DNA of 64,000 nt. It comes from Octopus vulgaris. Taxonomy: Eukaryota. Below are positions 1 to 11,135 of the stretch, piece after piece (within the stretch, counting starts at the first letter, position 1; every line of letters begins with the position of its first letter). The position numbers and the translations under genes were made by a program. Under the pieces are notes generated by a model, which saw only the letters and a list, made by a program, of their open reading frames with translations, was not told where the DNA came from and searched no databases. Location: the NCBI GenBank assembly GCA_951406725.2, contig OX597815.1, positions 38,812,001 to 38,876,000 of the forward strand. Direction: 5' to 3'.

Positions 1-37
1 ATGTTTTGAGTTCTATTTTCCTGCTGGTGTAATCAAA

Positions 38-252
<215 letters not shown>

Positions 253-286
253 GGAGTTAAACGCAGGTGTTATTCAAATCTCTTTA

Positions 287-350
287 CTTCCGACATATGT
301 TTTGAGGAATAAAATGATGTAAAACAATGCAATCTTCTCATTATGGAAAG
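287..350 (-). ncRNA. Degenerate type I hammerhead-like motif at the 3' end of a Penelope fragment
   Basis: Minus strand reads ttcc-ATAATGA-gaag...cctc-AAAAC-atat-GTC-ggaa. Stem I ttcc/ggaa and palindromic stem III ACATATGT are intact; the core is mutated from CTGATGA/GAAAC. Confidence 0.5.
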
Positions 351-600
351 AAAGAAACCAAAGACATCAGTAAAACAATTTAGCAGAATGAGATGACTGT
401 GCATATGATGAAAGGAACGCTAGCAAGTTGGGTTGTTTTTTTAAAAAAAACTTTAACAGATATAACGTCAAGGGCAGTTTATAGAAAGAGAAGGGAGAGG
501 AAAATAATAGTGGAGAGATATAGAGCGAAAGGTGAATAGGAATAAATCTTAAAGGCTTGGAAGTAGATATATTTAGTGGAAGTGAAATTTAAGAAGATAG

Positions 601-1300
601 TTAAAGGTCGAATTTTATAGAATGGTACAAATCACTTATAGGAACTAAGGGTATGTTTTTGCCAATGTTTGCAACGATAAACGTGTTTACAAGAGGATTC
701 TCTGAGAACAAGATGAAATACATTTCATCGTTACAAAGGGAACAGAAAGATTTACCTTTATCATACGGAAATAATTTAGATAGAATATTCCATTCCAAAT
801 CAAAGTTTTTAATACTATGACCCTTTAGATACCAAATTAATTTATTAAGTCCAATATCGTTACGTTTATTGATATGTCTAAATGTAGAGTAATGATTAGA
901 AATTCTTTTGGAGAACTGAGATGAAGAACTATCTATATAAAAAAAAGACACCAGAACTGGAAGTAATTTTACATTGGTAAATAGAGTTTCAAATCTTAGA
1001 ATTACTACTAAGGAAACGAATGCGAACATAGCTGTTATTATTCTTTAAAGAATGGTTAGTGTTAACAATATTACCATTTTCATTAAGTGGATTTGCATTT
1101 AACAACTTATTATTATGCGAAGAAATGATTTGTGAAAGATGTTTTTATGTTAGAAAATCATATCTTGATTCGGTGTGAATTAATAATCGAATAGTATCTT
1201 GAATTTTTGGGAAATTCCTTTCTATAGCTACACGAAGCTGATAAAAAAAAGGTTGGATTTGATCTACTTACCATATGGAATTATCAACCAAACAGTTTCG
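601..1300 (-). mobile_element. Penelope-like element fragment (RT-EN linker and GIY-YIG C-terminus), decayed
   Basis: ORF 601-1029 has RISNHYSTF..LIWYLK..EWNILSK..PY..CSLC, typical of the Penelope GIY-YIG tail. Upstream VWLIIPYG..NFPKN resembles the WFNPPY..HFPK linker. Confidence 0.8.
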
Positions 1301-1560
1301 CTAGGACGTACCTTGTTATTAGGGTAATTATCTTTAAAAGCACTCGATGTACCTTTATAACGAAAAATGGGTTTTAAATATTGGTTATCTCCCTTACGCT
1401 GCAAAATTACATTACACAATTTAGTGTTGTTATTCGAACTAAGATTAATATTGTTAATGTCGTTATGACGTGATGGACAGCCATGTTGAAATGGCTACGA
1501 ACATTACTTGTTAGTACAACTGCTGTGTTGATCTCTTAGAGAGATTTTAGAACTATACAC

Positions 1561-1593
<33 letters not shown>

Positions 1594-1672
1594 TACATAT
1601 ATACATACACACGCACACATACACACACTCACACACATACATGCATACATACATATATACATACATACATAC

Positions 1673-1703
<31 letters not shown>

Positions 1704-2118
1704 CATACATACATACATGCATACTTGCATATGTGCAGTAGTAATTTGCATTAATTACTCTACCAAATGATCTCATGCAGATTGTTAAACACGGAAATCG
1801 TACTGAACATCGGAATACGTGGCATATGAAACACAAGAAAAATTAGGAAAATATGTTTCCAATTGCATATATGTGAGGGTGCGCGCGCGCACCGATGTTC
1901 AATATGATTTCTACGTTTAATAATCGGTTTGAGAACATTTTGTAAAATAACTAATGCAAATGATTAATGAGATATTGTATAATCGAATCACCTCCAAACA
2001 CACATACTTGCATGCATATACGCACATGCATGCATATGTACATTCGTACATATGCACGCAATGCATGTGTGTGTGTGTATGTGTGACGATTGCTCCATCT
2101 TCACAAATAGTTACCCTT

Positions 2119-2271
2119 CTTATTTCTTTACTGCCCACAAGGGACTACACACAGAGAGGACAAACAAAGACAGACAACCGGATTGAGTCGATTATATCGA
2201 CTCCAGTGACTAACTGGTACTTAATTTATCGACTCCGAAAAGATGAAAAGCAAAGTCGACCTCGACGGAAT
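2119..2271 (-). mobile_element. SINE fragment (same family as 54722)
   Basis: Reverse complement of the GTCGACTTTGCCTTTCATCCTTTCGGGGTCGATAAATTAAGTACCAGTTA core seen at 54816. Confidence 0.85.
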
Positions 2272-2349
2272 CCGCTTGCTACTCATCGGGCCAAGGATAC
2301 CTTAATCAAAAGAAATCAACAGGGGTTCCCTTGAGGATAAGGTATGTTT

Positions 2350-2433
2350 GACCTGGTGAGTAGCTAGCGGATTACAACTCGTTTGGATAATTACTACTTC
2401 CGAGGTTCTGCTAGCTATGAAACACATGTAGCC
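2350..2433 (+). ncRNA. Type I hammerhead-like motif, copy 1
   Basis: gac-CTGGTGA-gtagctagcgga...tctgctagctat-GAAAC-acat-GTA-gcc; long stem II; core position 6 is G. Confidence 0.7.
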
Positions 2434-2861
2434 TGGATTCTATCTACTCCATTCACTAATTTGGAATTTCTATTCGCATGAACAGCAACACCAGCTGGTA
2501 ACCGTAAACTATAAAAATAACATTTTTCAGTTTATCGAACTTCGATATGGGAAAAACTTAAAACCTTCTACGTCAATAAAAAGTTGCTGTTTATATCTAC
2601 TACAGACTGCTCGAAGCTTACCAACATCCTCCACCCTAATCCTTGGATCTTACCTTTACATTTAATTATATGTGTATGTGTGTGTGTGTTTGTGTGTGTG
2701 TATGTATGTATGTATGTATGTATGTATGTATGTATGTATGTATGTATGTATACACACACACATACATATATGTATATACACTCATTTTCGATAAAATCTC
2801 CAGCGAATTAACTAGGGATCCCTTGACAACAATGTAACCTTCATTTAAATAAGGTATCTAC

Positions 2862-2946
2862 GGCCTGCTGAGTAGCTAGTGGAGCACCCTTCTTTGGGTA
2901 CTTATCACTTCTGAGGTTCTACTAGCTAGGAAACATATCTAGTCAA
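2862..2946 (+). ncRNA. Type I hammerhead-like motif, copy 2
   Basis: ggc-CTGCTGA-gtagctagtgga...tctactagctag-GAAAC-atat-CTA-gtcaa; core position 6 is C; CUA replaces GUA. Confidence 0.6.
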
Positions 2947-3194
2947 GATCTTACCTGCTTCATTCCCTCAATTTGGATTTTTATTCGCATATATAGCAAC
3001 TCTAGTTGCTAACCACGAACTGGAAAGTAGCTTATTTCAGCGTATCGAACTTCGATATGGGAAAAACCTAAAACCCTCTACGTCAATAAATCACCATTGT
3101 TACTGAAAGTTCTTTTTTACACCTTCTACGAACTGCTCGAAGCTTACTATCTTCCTACACCGTAATCCTTGGATCTTACCTTTACTTATATATA

Positions 3195-3642
3195 TCGTGA
3201 AGTATATTTGTCACATTTAAGTGTCAAATATACTTCACGATGTCGTGCAGCTACTGTTTATACCTCGCTCAGAGATTTATTATTGCTTGTTAACACTTTT
3301 TCGATATCAGTGGCTTTTCGTCACTGGAAAAAGGATATATATTTGCGTTGGGAACTACTTCACATCGACAACCGGTGATTACCACACGCTGATGACGGGT
3401 CAATACGCAGAAACTCGAGTCCGTGTGTATCATGTCAGGTTCGAGATGAGAAGGATGGCTTCACTTTGCAAATACTGATAGAGCACAGATAGTGTGTCAA
3501 TAGCCAGCTGGGGAAGGTGTCCTCCTGGGGCTACAAGCTACAGTAGCATCCACCCTTGAGGGTTAGCCACATTTAAGTGGCAGATATACTTCACGATGTC
3601 TTGCGGTTACTGTTTATACGTAGCTCAGATTTATTATTGCTT
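3195..3642 (+). mobile_element. Penelope pLTR-like non-coding element with 5' hairpin, terminal direct repeat and internal hammerhead
   Basis: Hairpin 3195-3240; ~75-bp direct repeat (cacatttaagtg..tatacttcacgatgtc..gatttattattgctt) at both ends; second family copy at 50824-51087 (-). Confidence 0.7.
3383..3427 (+). ncRNA. Minimal type I hammerhead ribozyme motif
   Basis: cacacg-CTGATGA-cgggtcaatacgca-GAAAC-tcga-GTC-cgtgtg. Perfect core, 6-bp stem I, palindromic stem III ACTCGAGT; stem II weak. Confidence 0.75.
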
Positions 3643-3644
3643 AG

Positions 3645-3653
3645 ATACATACA

Positions 3654-3687
<34 letters not shown>

Positions 3688-3741
3688 CATACATACATAC
3701 ATACGTACGTACATACATACATACATACATACATACATACA

Positions 3742-3775
<34 letters not shown>

Positions 3776-3839
3776 CATATACATACATACATACATACAT
3801 ACGTACGTACATACATACATACATACATACATACATACA

Positions 3840-3873
<34 letters not shown>

Positions 3874-3918
3874 CATACATACATAATACATACATACATA
3901 CATACATACATACATGCA
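3645..3918. repeat. (TACA)n microsatellite
   Basis: Read directly. Confidence 0.95.
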
Positions 3919-3919
3919 T

Positions 3920-4030
3920 AAAATACCCTGTTGATGATGTTGAAATTCCAATGAAGGAGCCTTGGATCTAGATTAGAAAGCCGTTCTTTCCCTATTGGTA
4001 AGAAATCTTGAAATAAACTGAATAATGACA
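3920..4030 (+). mobile_element. 3' tail of the R4-like non-LTR family seen at 51930-52600
   Basis: Near-identical to 52494-52600 (gatgttgaaat..aagaaatcttgaaata..actgaataatgacatac). Confidence 0.65.
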
Positions 4031-4285
4031 TACATACGTATATGTAATAAAATTTTCCTATTTTACAATAAATTGACACTGCAAATAGTTTTTCCATATT
4101 TCTTAATTTCAATTTGTATTTTTGACTCAAATACGGCGCCAAATATGGATACACATTGCTTGTAATATTGGAATAAGCATGTGAGTTTGAAAAAGAAACA
4201 ACTGGATTTGCCCTAACTAACTTACATAATATATTTATATATTATTGCATGTATATATGTACACACGTACATACACACACACAGA

Positions 4286-4332
4286 CTGAAGAAGCTACGG
4301 TAAAAGCAGAATCTGACCGATCAGTCTGGAAA
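4286..4332 (+). ncRNA. Degenerate hammerhead-like motif
   Basis: CTGAAGA-agct acggtaaa agca-GAAT-ctga ccga tcag-TC-tggaaa. A15.1 changed to T; 5' stem I lost into the CA repeat. Confidence 0.5.
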
Positions 4333-4588
4333 TATCTCGACTCCTATTTTTCTGGTGATAACGATCTTTTTCAGCATGTACGTATGCAATTATGTGCTTT
4401 GACTGCAGTATTAGAGCGTTTAGCTCTTATATATATGTATATATATATTTTACTATATATACTAATATATTTATACTATATATTCTATATTCTACATTAA
4501 TATTATAAAGAATATAAATAAAACATAAAAAACCGAGTTGTAATTCCTTTGAATAATATATATCTCTCTAAACACAATCATACAAATC

Positions 4589-4629
<41 letters not shown>

Positions 4630-4631
<2 letters not shown>

Positions 4632-4930
4632 AGGCACAATGGCCCAGTGTTAGAGCAGCGGACTCGCGGTCGTAGGATCGCGGTTTCGATTCCCAGACAG
4701 GGCGTTGTGAGTGTTTATTGAGCGAAAACACCTAAAGCTCCACGAGGCTCCTGCAGGAGGTGATGGCGATCCCTGCTGTACTCTTTCACTACAACTTTCT
4801 CTCACTCTTCTGTTGTCCTGCTCGCTTAGCCAGCGGGGTGGCGTTATTTGAAGGCTAAAACAATGCGAAGCGCATTGTGACCAGCGATGTGTAGCAACAT
4901 CTGATAGCCTGGTCGGTCACGGTGATCACG
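4630..4930 (+). mobile_element. tRNA-derived SINE, full length
   Basis: A box TGGCCCAGTGTTAG, anticodon-like arm, B box GGTTTCGATTCC, followed by a non-tRNA body and tail. Confidence 0.85.
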
Positions 4931-5129
4931 ATGATATATATATATATATATATATGCATGTGCTGTACGTATGTATGTATGTACAATTATGTGCTTTAAC
5001 TGCAGCATTAGAGCATTTAGCTCTTATTTCTAGCAATATAGGTGTTTATAACACCCTCAATCGTAGTTAATGCCGGTTATAGTTCCTCTTCTTGGTACAT
5101 ATTTGCTTTCTGCATGATAGGTCGGTAGC

Positions 5130-5330
5130 CACTAAACCATTTTCTATTTTTTCTATTTTTCTATTTTCTATTTCATATTTTGTTTATTTCTGTGTTCCTT
5201 TCTGTCGAAGAGTGTAGGCTCGAAACGTAGAAGACTTTCTCACTTCCCAAGCGTTAAACTAATACATCTGTTTGTTGTTTACACAGCCGTCTTCGTCTTT
5301 TTTCTTTTTTTGTATTTTTTCGTAAATTCT
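5130..5330 (+). mobile_element. Inverted copy of the Penelope 3' terminal repeat with GAAACGTA hammerhead variant (5194-5235)
   Basis: Reverse complement of 5432-5600. Confidence 0.75.
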
Positions 5331-5342
5331 CTCTCTCTCTCT

Positions 5343-5431
<89 letters not shown>

Positions 5432-5433
<2 letters not shown>

Positions 5434-7160
5434 AAATTTACAGAAAAACAAAAGATGAAGATGCGTGTATGAACAACAAGCAGGTGTATTAGTTTGACGC
5501 TCGGGAAAGTGAGAAATTCTTTTACGTTTCGTGCCTACGCTCTTCAGCAGAAAAGAATAATTGAAAATAAACAGAGATAATTTTTTAAATCTTGTGGAAT
5601 TAGCGATGAAGCATGGCGACTGGTTGGGAGAAAAAAGCTTTGACAGGAGAGGTAGAAAGAAAGGGAGATAATAAAGTAACGATGATCCCAAAACGTGCGT
5701 GTGTATATGAGAATGAATGTGTAAATATATGGATGGGGGCCAGTGACTTTGACGTGTGGATGTGTGCATATTTGTGTGCGTCTGTAATGTGTGGGTGTGT
5801 GGATGATGGTGTATTGGTGTGTGAATGAAGGTGTGTGGTGTGAGTGCTGGGAAGTGGTCAGTGCTAGTGTGTGGAGTAGTGTGGGAGGGCGTGAGGTGGG
5901 TGTGGATGGGGATGTGGGTGCGAGATGGAGACGTGGAGGTAGTGGTCGGGTATGTGGGTTTGGGTGTGGGAGGAGAGGGTATCAATGAAGAGAAAAGGTA
6001 GATGTCAGATGAAGAGAGGAGAGGAGGGGAGTCAGATGAAGAGGGGAGGGACGTTGAGCTCATGTGGTGCAAAGGAGCCAAGAGAGAAGATTAATTCATG
6101 TTCACAGCGAAGGCAGGAGTCCAGATGGCCTCTGTGCAAAAACAATCCGAACACAGACAGGTGTTGTAGTGAATGACCGGTAGAGCGGAAATGGCGCGAG
6201 ACCGGCGTTTCATTGCCGAATCTGATATCCTGGAGGTGCTCCGCGAACCTCCAGATGGTGGTGTTGGAGAGGTAGGAGTAAATGTGTCAGCATGAGCGGG
6301 AGCAGGGGAATGAGCCAGGTTAGGAGGTGAGTTAGGGAAGAAACTATGGACCATGAGGTCATGCATGTTGTGGGCTTATTTGAAAGAATGAAGGGACAGC
6401 TTGGGGTAGGTTGGGGAAGATGTGCAAGGTGGAGGGGTAGGACTGGAGTCGCCTGAAAGCTCGGAGAATGGTGCGTTGGAGGGGCAGGGTAGAGAGGTGG
6501 TAAATAAGGGAAACGGGAGACGAGCAACAGCGAGGCGGGTGCAGGGAGAGAGATTAGATGCATGGTCGACGGAACGTGCTCTGGCAAGGGTTTTGTAGAT
6601 AGTGGTGAGGGGATATCCACGAAGGATGAAGTGGCGAGCCATGAGCTGAGACTTAGTCTCAAAATCATGGTTGTCACTGCAGAACCAAGGGATGGAGAGC
6701 TTGGTGTGTAGAGGGGTAGGAGAAGTTAAGGGATGAGTGGGAGTCGGTGTGTTTGTAGTGAATAGAGGTAATGACAGCAGAATGGTGTATGTTGACCGAA
6801 GTCGAGAAATGCGACGGAAGTGTTGGAAATAGTGCTGTGGAATTCGAGGGCAGGATGGAAGGATTGAACAAAATAGAAGAAGGAGTCTAGTTATTCGCGG
6901 GAAAGTGAGATCGCACCGATACAGTCATCAATATACCGTCCGTATAGTTCGTGAGTGGACCCAGTGAATCGTAAGAATTACCTCAACGTAGCCAATGAAC
7001 AGGTTCGCATAGCTGGTGCCGATTCTCGTTCTCATGGCCACACTCGAGACACGTTGGTAAAAATCTCCCGCGAACGAGAAGCAATTGAAGGAGAGAACAA
7101 GTTCGGCCAAACGAAGAAGTATGGAGGTGTCAAGTTGGGAGTAGGGTCAAAGGTCTACAC
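5432..7160 (-). mobile_element. Penelope-like element, 5'-truncated and decayed, with 3' UTR/pLTR
   Basis: RT motif FYQRVSSVAMRTRIGTSYANLFIGYVE (cf. GVAMGT.MGPSYANLF), RGYP thumb segment, GIY-YIG tail EHELIFSLGSFAPH; hammerhead variant at 5517-5557. Confidence 0.85.
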
Positions 7161-7190
7161 GTAACATTCAAGCACACAGATATACACATA

Positions 7191-8802
7191 CAGTTGCGGC
7201 CAAAATGTTCAGAACGGCATTGTTTTCGTCAGAAAAGTAGGTATAAGTTTTTATCAAAGTTGTTTTATATATCTATAATTTTCACAGACAATAAATAAGA
7301 TATGAATTATTATTGTCTGAGATTTTGGTGTAATTTGAGAGGATAATACAAAAGTTATGGATGATTTAATGATTTACTGCAAAACCCATGGCGGCCAAAA
7401 TGATCAGAACGGTTGAAAAAAAATAGTAAAATAATCAAAAATGACAGAGAATACTGGAATTATTTAATATTTAGTGTGAAACCCTTTAGCTTCAATCACA
7501 CTTTGACATCTTCGACTGCATGAGGAAATTAAATTTTCAATTTCTTGCTGGGTGATCTTATTCCATTCTTCCTGAAGGGCATTCCATAATTGCTCGGTTG
7601 TTTTAGGATTTCTGGCTTTCGAACGTTCTCCTAGAATATTCCACACATTTTCAATAGGATTAAGATCTGGGCTTTGAGCAGGCCAATCCATAACAATAAT
7701 CTTTTCAGCCTTGAGAAAGTTCATGACCACCTTAGCCTTGTGACATGGGGCATTGTCCTGCATGAATATGGGTGATCGCTTAGTTGAATTTCTCAGCACA
7801 GGCAAGACATGATCTTTTACAAGTTGTTTATAAACTCCTGCACTTACCTTTCCATGTAATCGCACCAAAGGGTCCACACCATCTCCAGATATCATCCCCC
7901 AAACCATGACACTTCCTCCACCGAATTTAACACTAGTCTTAAGGCATTTAGGCGATAATTTTTCACCTACTTTTCGACAAACGTACCTTTTCCCATCTGA
8001 GCCAAATAACATAGACTTAGATTTATCACCGAAATGCACCTTTTGCCATTTTTCTTGAGACCACAACACATGTTCGGTTGCAAAGGTAAGACGACACTTT
8101 TTATTCTTGGAGCTGATCAGTGGCTTCACTGCAAGTGCTCTTGCTTGTAGGTCATGTTCAACTAAACGACGAGACACAGTTTTTCGAAATAAAGTTTTTT
8201 TCAGTACAATGCTCATTTCCCAAGAAACAGCAGCAGCAGTTTTAAATCTATCCTTTTTAACCAACTTTACCATAGCACGATCTTCTCTCTTGGTCGTTTT
8301 TCTTGTCCTACCTGTAAACTTTCTTGCTTCACACGAACCACAATCATCGTAGACCTTAAGAATACCGTGAACAACACTTTTTCACTTGTTAACAATCTTT
8401 GCAATAGACCCAATACTTAAATTATCCTTCTTTCGAAGCTTAATAATCTGCTGACGAATTGGTAACAGAGTAAGTAGCATTATATTAACAAAGTACACTG
8501 CAGATACTCTTACTAATGTTTAGTAAACGAACCGTCAGGTAAACAAATTCAAAACATTGGAGTTCACCGGTTAAATATACTAAAACACGGAGTAAAAGCA
8601 ACCGTTCGGATCATTTTGGCCGCCATGGGTTTTGCAGTAAATCACTAAATCATCCATAACTTTTGATTTATCCTCTCAAATTACACCAAAATATTGTATT
8701 TATTGTCTGCGAAAATTATAGAAAATAAAACAACTTTGATAAAAACTTATACCTACTTTTCTGACGAAAACAATGCCGTTCTGAACATTTTGGCCGCAAC
8801 TG
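7191..8802 (-). mobile_element. Tc1-family DNA transposon, full length, IR/DR type
   Basis: TA target duplication at both ends; ~220-bp TIRs (CAGTTGCGGCCAAAATG..) each with outer and inner direct repeat GCGGCCAAAATG.TCAGAACGG. Confidence 0.97.
7464..8480 (-). pseudogene. Tc1 transposase, DD34E, 338 codons with one in-frame TGA at 8382-8384
   Basis: ATG at 8480 is in frame with ORF 7464-8273; motifs GR.RKT, FGD, MQDNAPCH, WPAQSPDLNPIE with 34 residues between D and E. Confidence 0.92.
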
Positions 8803-9753
8803 TATGTGTGCATAAACTTGTGTGTGTATCTTTATATGAATGTGTGTGTATGTGTCTTTATATGAATGTGTATGCGTGTTTAAATGTGTGAATGCGTGTA
8901 CACATATTTATACTTGCTTTATATATACATGGGTGTGTGTGGCTTTTACAATCGTCTCGGTGCATCAGTATTTTTTTCAACGATATAGTAAGGGATCATA
9001 CACCATAGTTTATACATGCAGAACTTTTTAAAAAATTAGAAAGCAAATAAAATAATATATGATAATCATAAATTCAAAAGCAGAATCATTGTTTCATGAT
9101 CCGGAAGACAAACCGTTATTTTTGTTATTTCGTGGCGTGGTGGGGCTTTTGTTCGACTAGGTTAAAGAGATTAAAAATCTAAATACTAAAATGTATAAAC
9201 TCACAGCTAATAATTTCAAACGTAAAATGGGCAAAGCTAAGGCTTCAAAATATATAGCTATCGAATATGAGAAACAAAGTGGTACGGTCCATACTATAAT
9301 TGTATCTATATTGATGTAATGTGTGACAATTGATTGTAGAACGTTTATGTGACTGTAACTTGAATTATATATGGACGTAAAACAGAAAGCTTCTTTTTTT
9401 TAAATTATATATAACATGTATACATCTAGAGGTAAATTTACTTATGGAATTTATGAAGGAATATATTGAATCACAAATTGACTGGAAAAGAAGGAAAATA
9501 AGTGAATAAGGTATAGATTTGAAAGAATCATATTTGTTGCAACCGATAAATATTGCGAGAAATGATAGCGATGTCGATAAACTTTTGTTCTGGAATGAAA
9601 ATCTTAGACTTGAAAGGAAACAGAATAAAAACGCATTAAATTTGTGTGATGTATGAAGAGAAATCAGAAGAATTTAAATAAATTTATATATTGTAAAACC
9701 TCACAGTATGTTGAATAAAAATGTAAATCCGTCCTTTCTATTTGTGCACGGAG

Positions 9754-10122
9754 AAACCCTTACATGCTTAGAAATAGCAGTCAAAACCGCTATAAAGCCA
9801 CTATAAACACTCATATCTTCTCAACAACAAAAGCTGCCGGCGAGCGACATGATATTAAAATTCTTGCAGATCGGAACACATGTTAAACCCCAAGGTATGC
9901 TTTTTTGTGTGTGTTAATTTCTTTGTACAGGAATGTTCTCCCGACGAGAGGAATGGATCCACTTTTGGTTCCTAACTTCGAAATTGCAATAGAGGACTAA
10001 CCTTTTATTTAAGTTTTGAATTTTAACGTCATGTCGCAGCTTATATGGTTGAGGAGATATAATATGAGCTTATAGTGGCTTTATAGCGGCTTTGACTGCT
10101 AATTCTAAGCATGTAATAGTTT
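9754..10122 (+). mobile_element. Fold-back element (~105-bp inverted arms) enclosing a hammerhead motif
   Basis: Arms 9754-9863 and 10018-10122 are reverse complementary with indels. Confidence 0.8.
9935..9997 (+). ncRNA. Type I hammerhead-like motif (U4 changed to C)
   Basis: gttctc-CCGACGA-gaggaa...ttc-GAAAT-tgca-ATA-gaggac; 6-bp stem I with one G-U, palindromic stem III ATTGCAAT. Confidence 0.7.
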
Positions 10123-10859
10123 TTATAACCCTTTCCGTTATAATTGTGATTTAGTCACATTTATACACCCTTCTTTTATGAAAATTAATTTTTTGGTTGC
10201 ATGTCCTGGCCACTGATACATTCGTAAATAATTTTGAATTGTTTACAATATATCCTGCGTAATGTATTTTTACATTCATTCCTCTTTTATATATGTTAGT
10301 GTGTGTAGGTGTCTGTAAGTCTGTCTGTCTGTATGTGTGTGTGTATGTGTGTTTGCGTCTTTGTGTGCATGTATCTGTATGTGTATGAAGACAAGCACAC
10401 TCACACACACACATATGTATGTACATGTTTCAATGATTCAACGCTTTACTAGAGAGAGAAGGATAGGAGAGTAACCATGGACCCCATTTTGCAAACCCAT
10501 CAAAATTGGTGGGATGAAAGAGAAATTCTGCAAAGAACATCGACACATGAGAGGACTGCATTAAACCGAGCGATGAAATATGTCTGATGCTCATGTACAA
10601 ACTATATAACATTATTAACCCCTTGACAACGGTTGACGCAAATATGCGGTCACACTTTTGCTTGCTACCCGCGGTTAACGTAAATATACGATAAAGAGCT
10701 GCCCTACATCTATCACAGACTTTTTTTAGCGGCTGACGTATGTTTACGTTCGCTATCATGTACTTTATCTCTTGAGGTGCGCGCGCTCTCCGTCCCGTGC
10801 ATTATCTTAGCTATTTTAGGTTACGTTCAAGTCATGAGACTAGCAGTAGACCAATGACA

Positions 10860-11135
10860 TGCGGATACTTTACATGCATAATACCATGTTTGAGTTGTAC
10901 CACACACAAGCTATTTTTTGGACTTGATCAGAGTAACTCGTGCATATCATGTTATTATATGCACGCTGAGAGTTGCTGAAGCATGGAATCAAACTGCCGG
11001 CATCAGATGTTAGTTGTCGGAGCACTGCATCCTTCAAAACTTCCATGCTTTCGCCAACACTACACCTGATTTTCTCCCCTCCATACACACACAAGCATGT
11101 ATCTGACTCATACATTGTTCGCTTTCCAGACATTT
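10860..11135 (+). mobile_element. CR1/L2-like LINE 3' end
   Basis: RVAEAWN.LPAS.V..S..SFK terminal motif (frameshifted). Confidence 0.65.

Larger units (their letters stand above)
2337..3186 (+). repeat. Two diverged direct copies (about 2337-2660 and 2850-3186) of a ~320-bp unit, each carrying a hammerhead-like motif
   Basis: Shared blocks taaggtat, gagtagctag, tatcgaacttcgatatgggaaaaac, ctgctcgaagcttac, taatccttggatcttacctttac. Confidence 0.85.

Noticed and set aside
4630-4705. tRNA gene (also 57380-57452 and 22575-22645)
   Set aside because: Acceptor stem not properly closed and each continues into a SINE body, so these are SINE heads
9764-9785. Resemblance of GCTAGAAATAGC-type motifs to the engineered Cas9 sgRNA scaffold
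   Set aside because: Short coincidental match with no tracr sequence, repeat-spacer array or cas genes; eukaryotic repeat context
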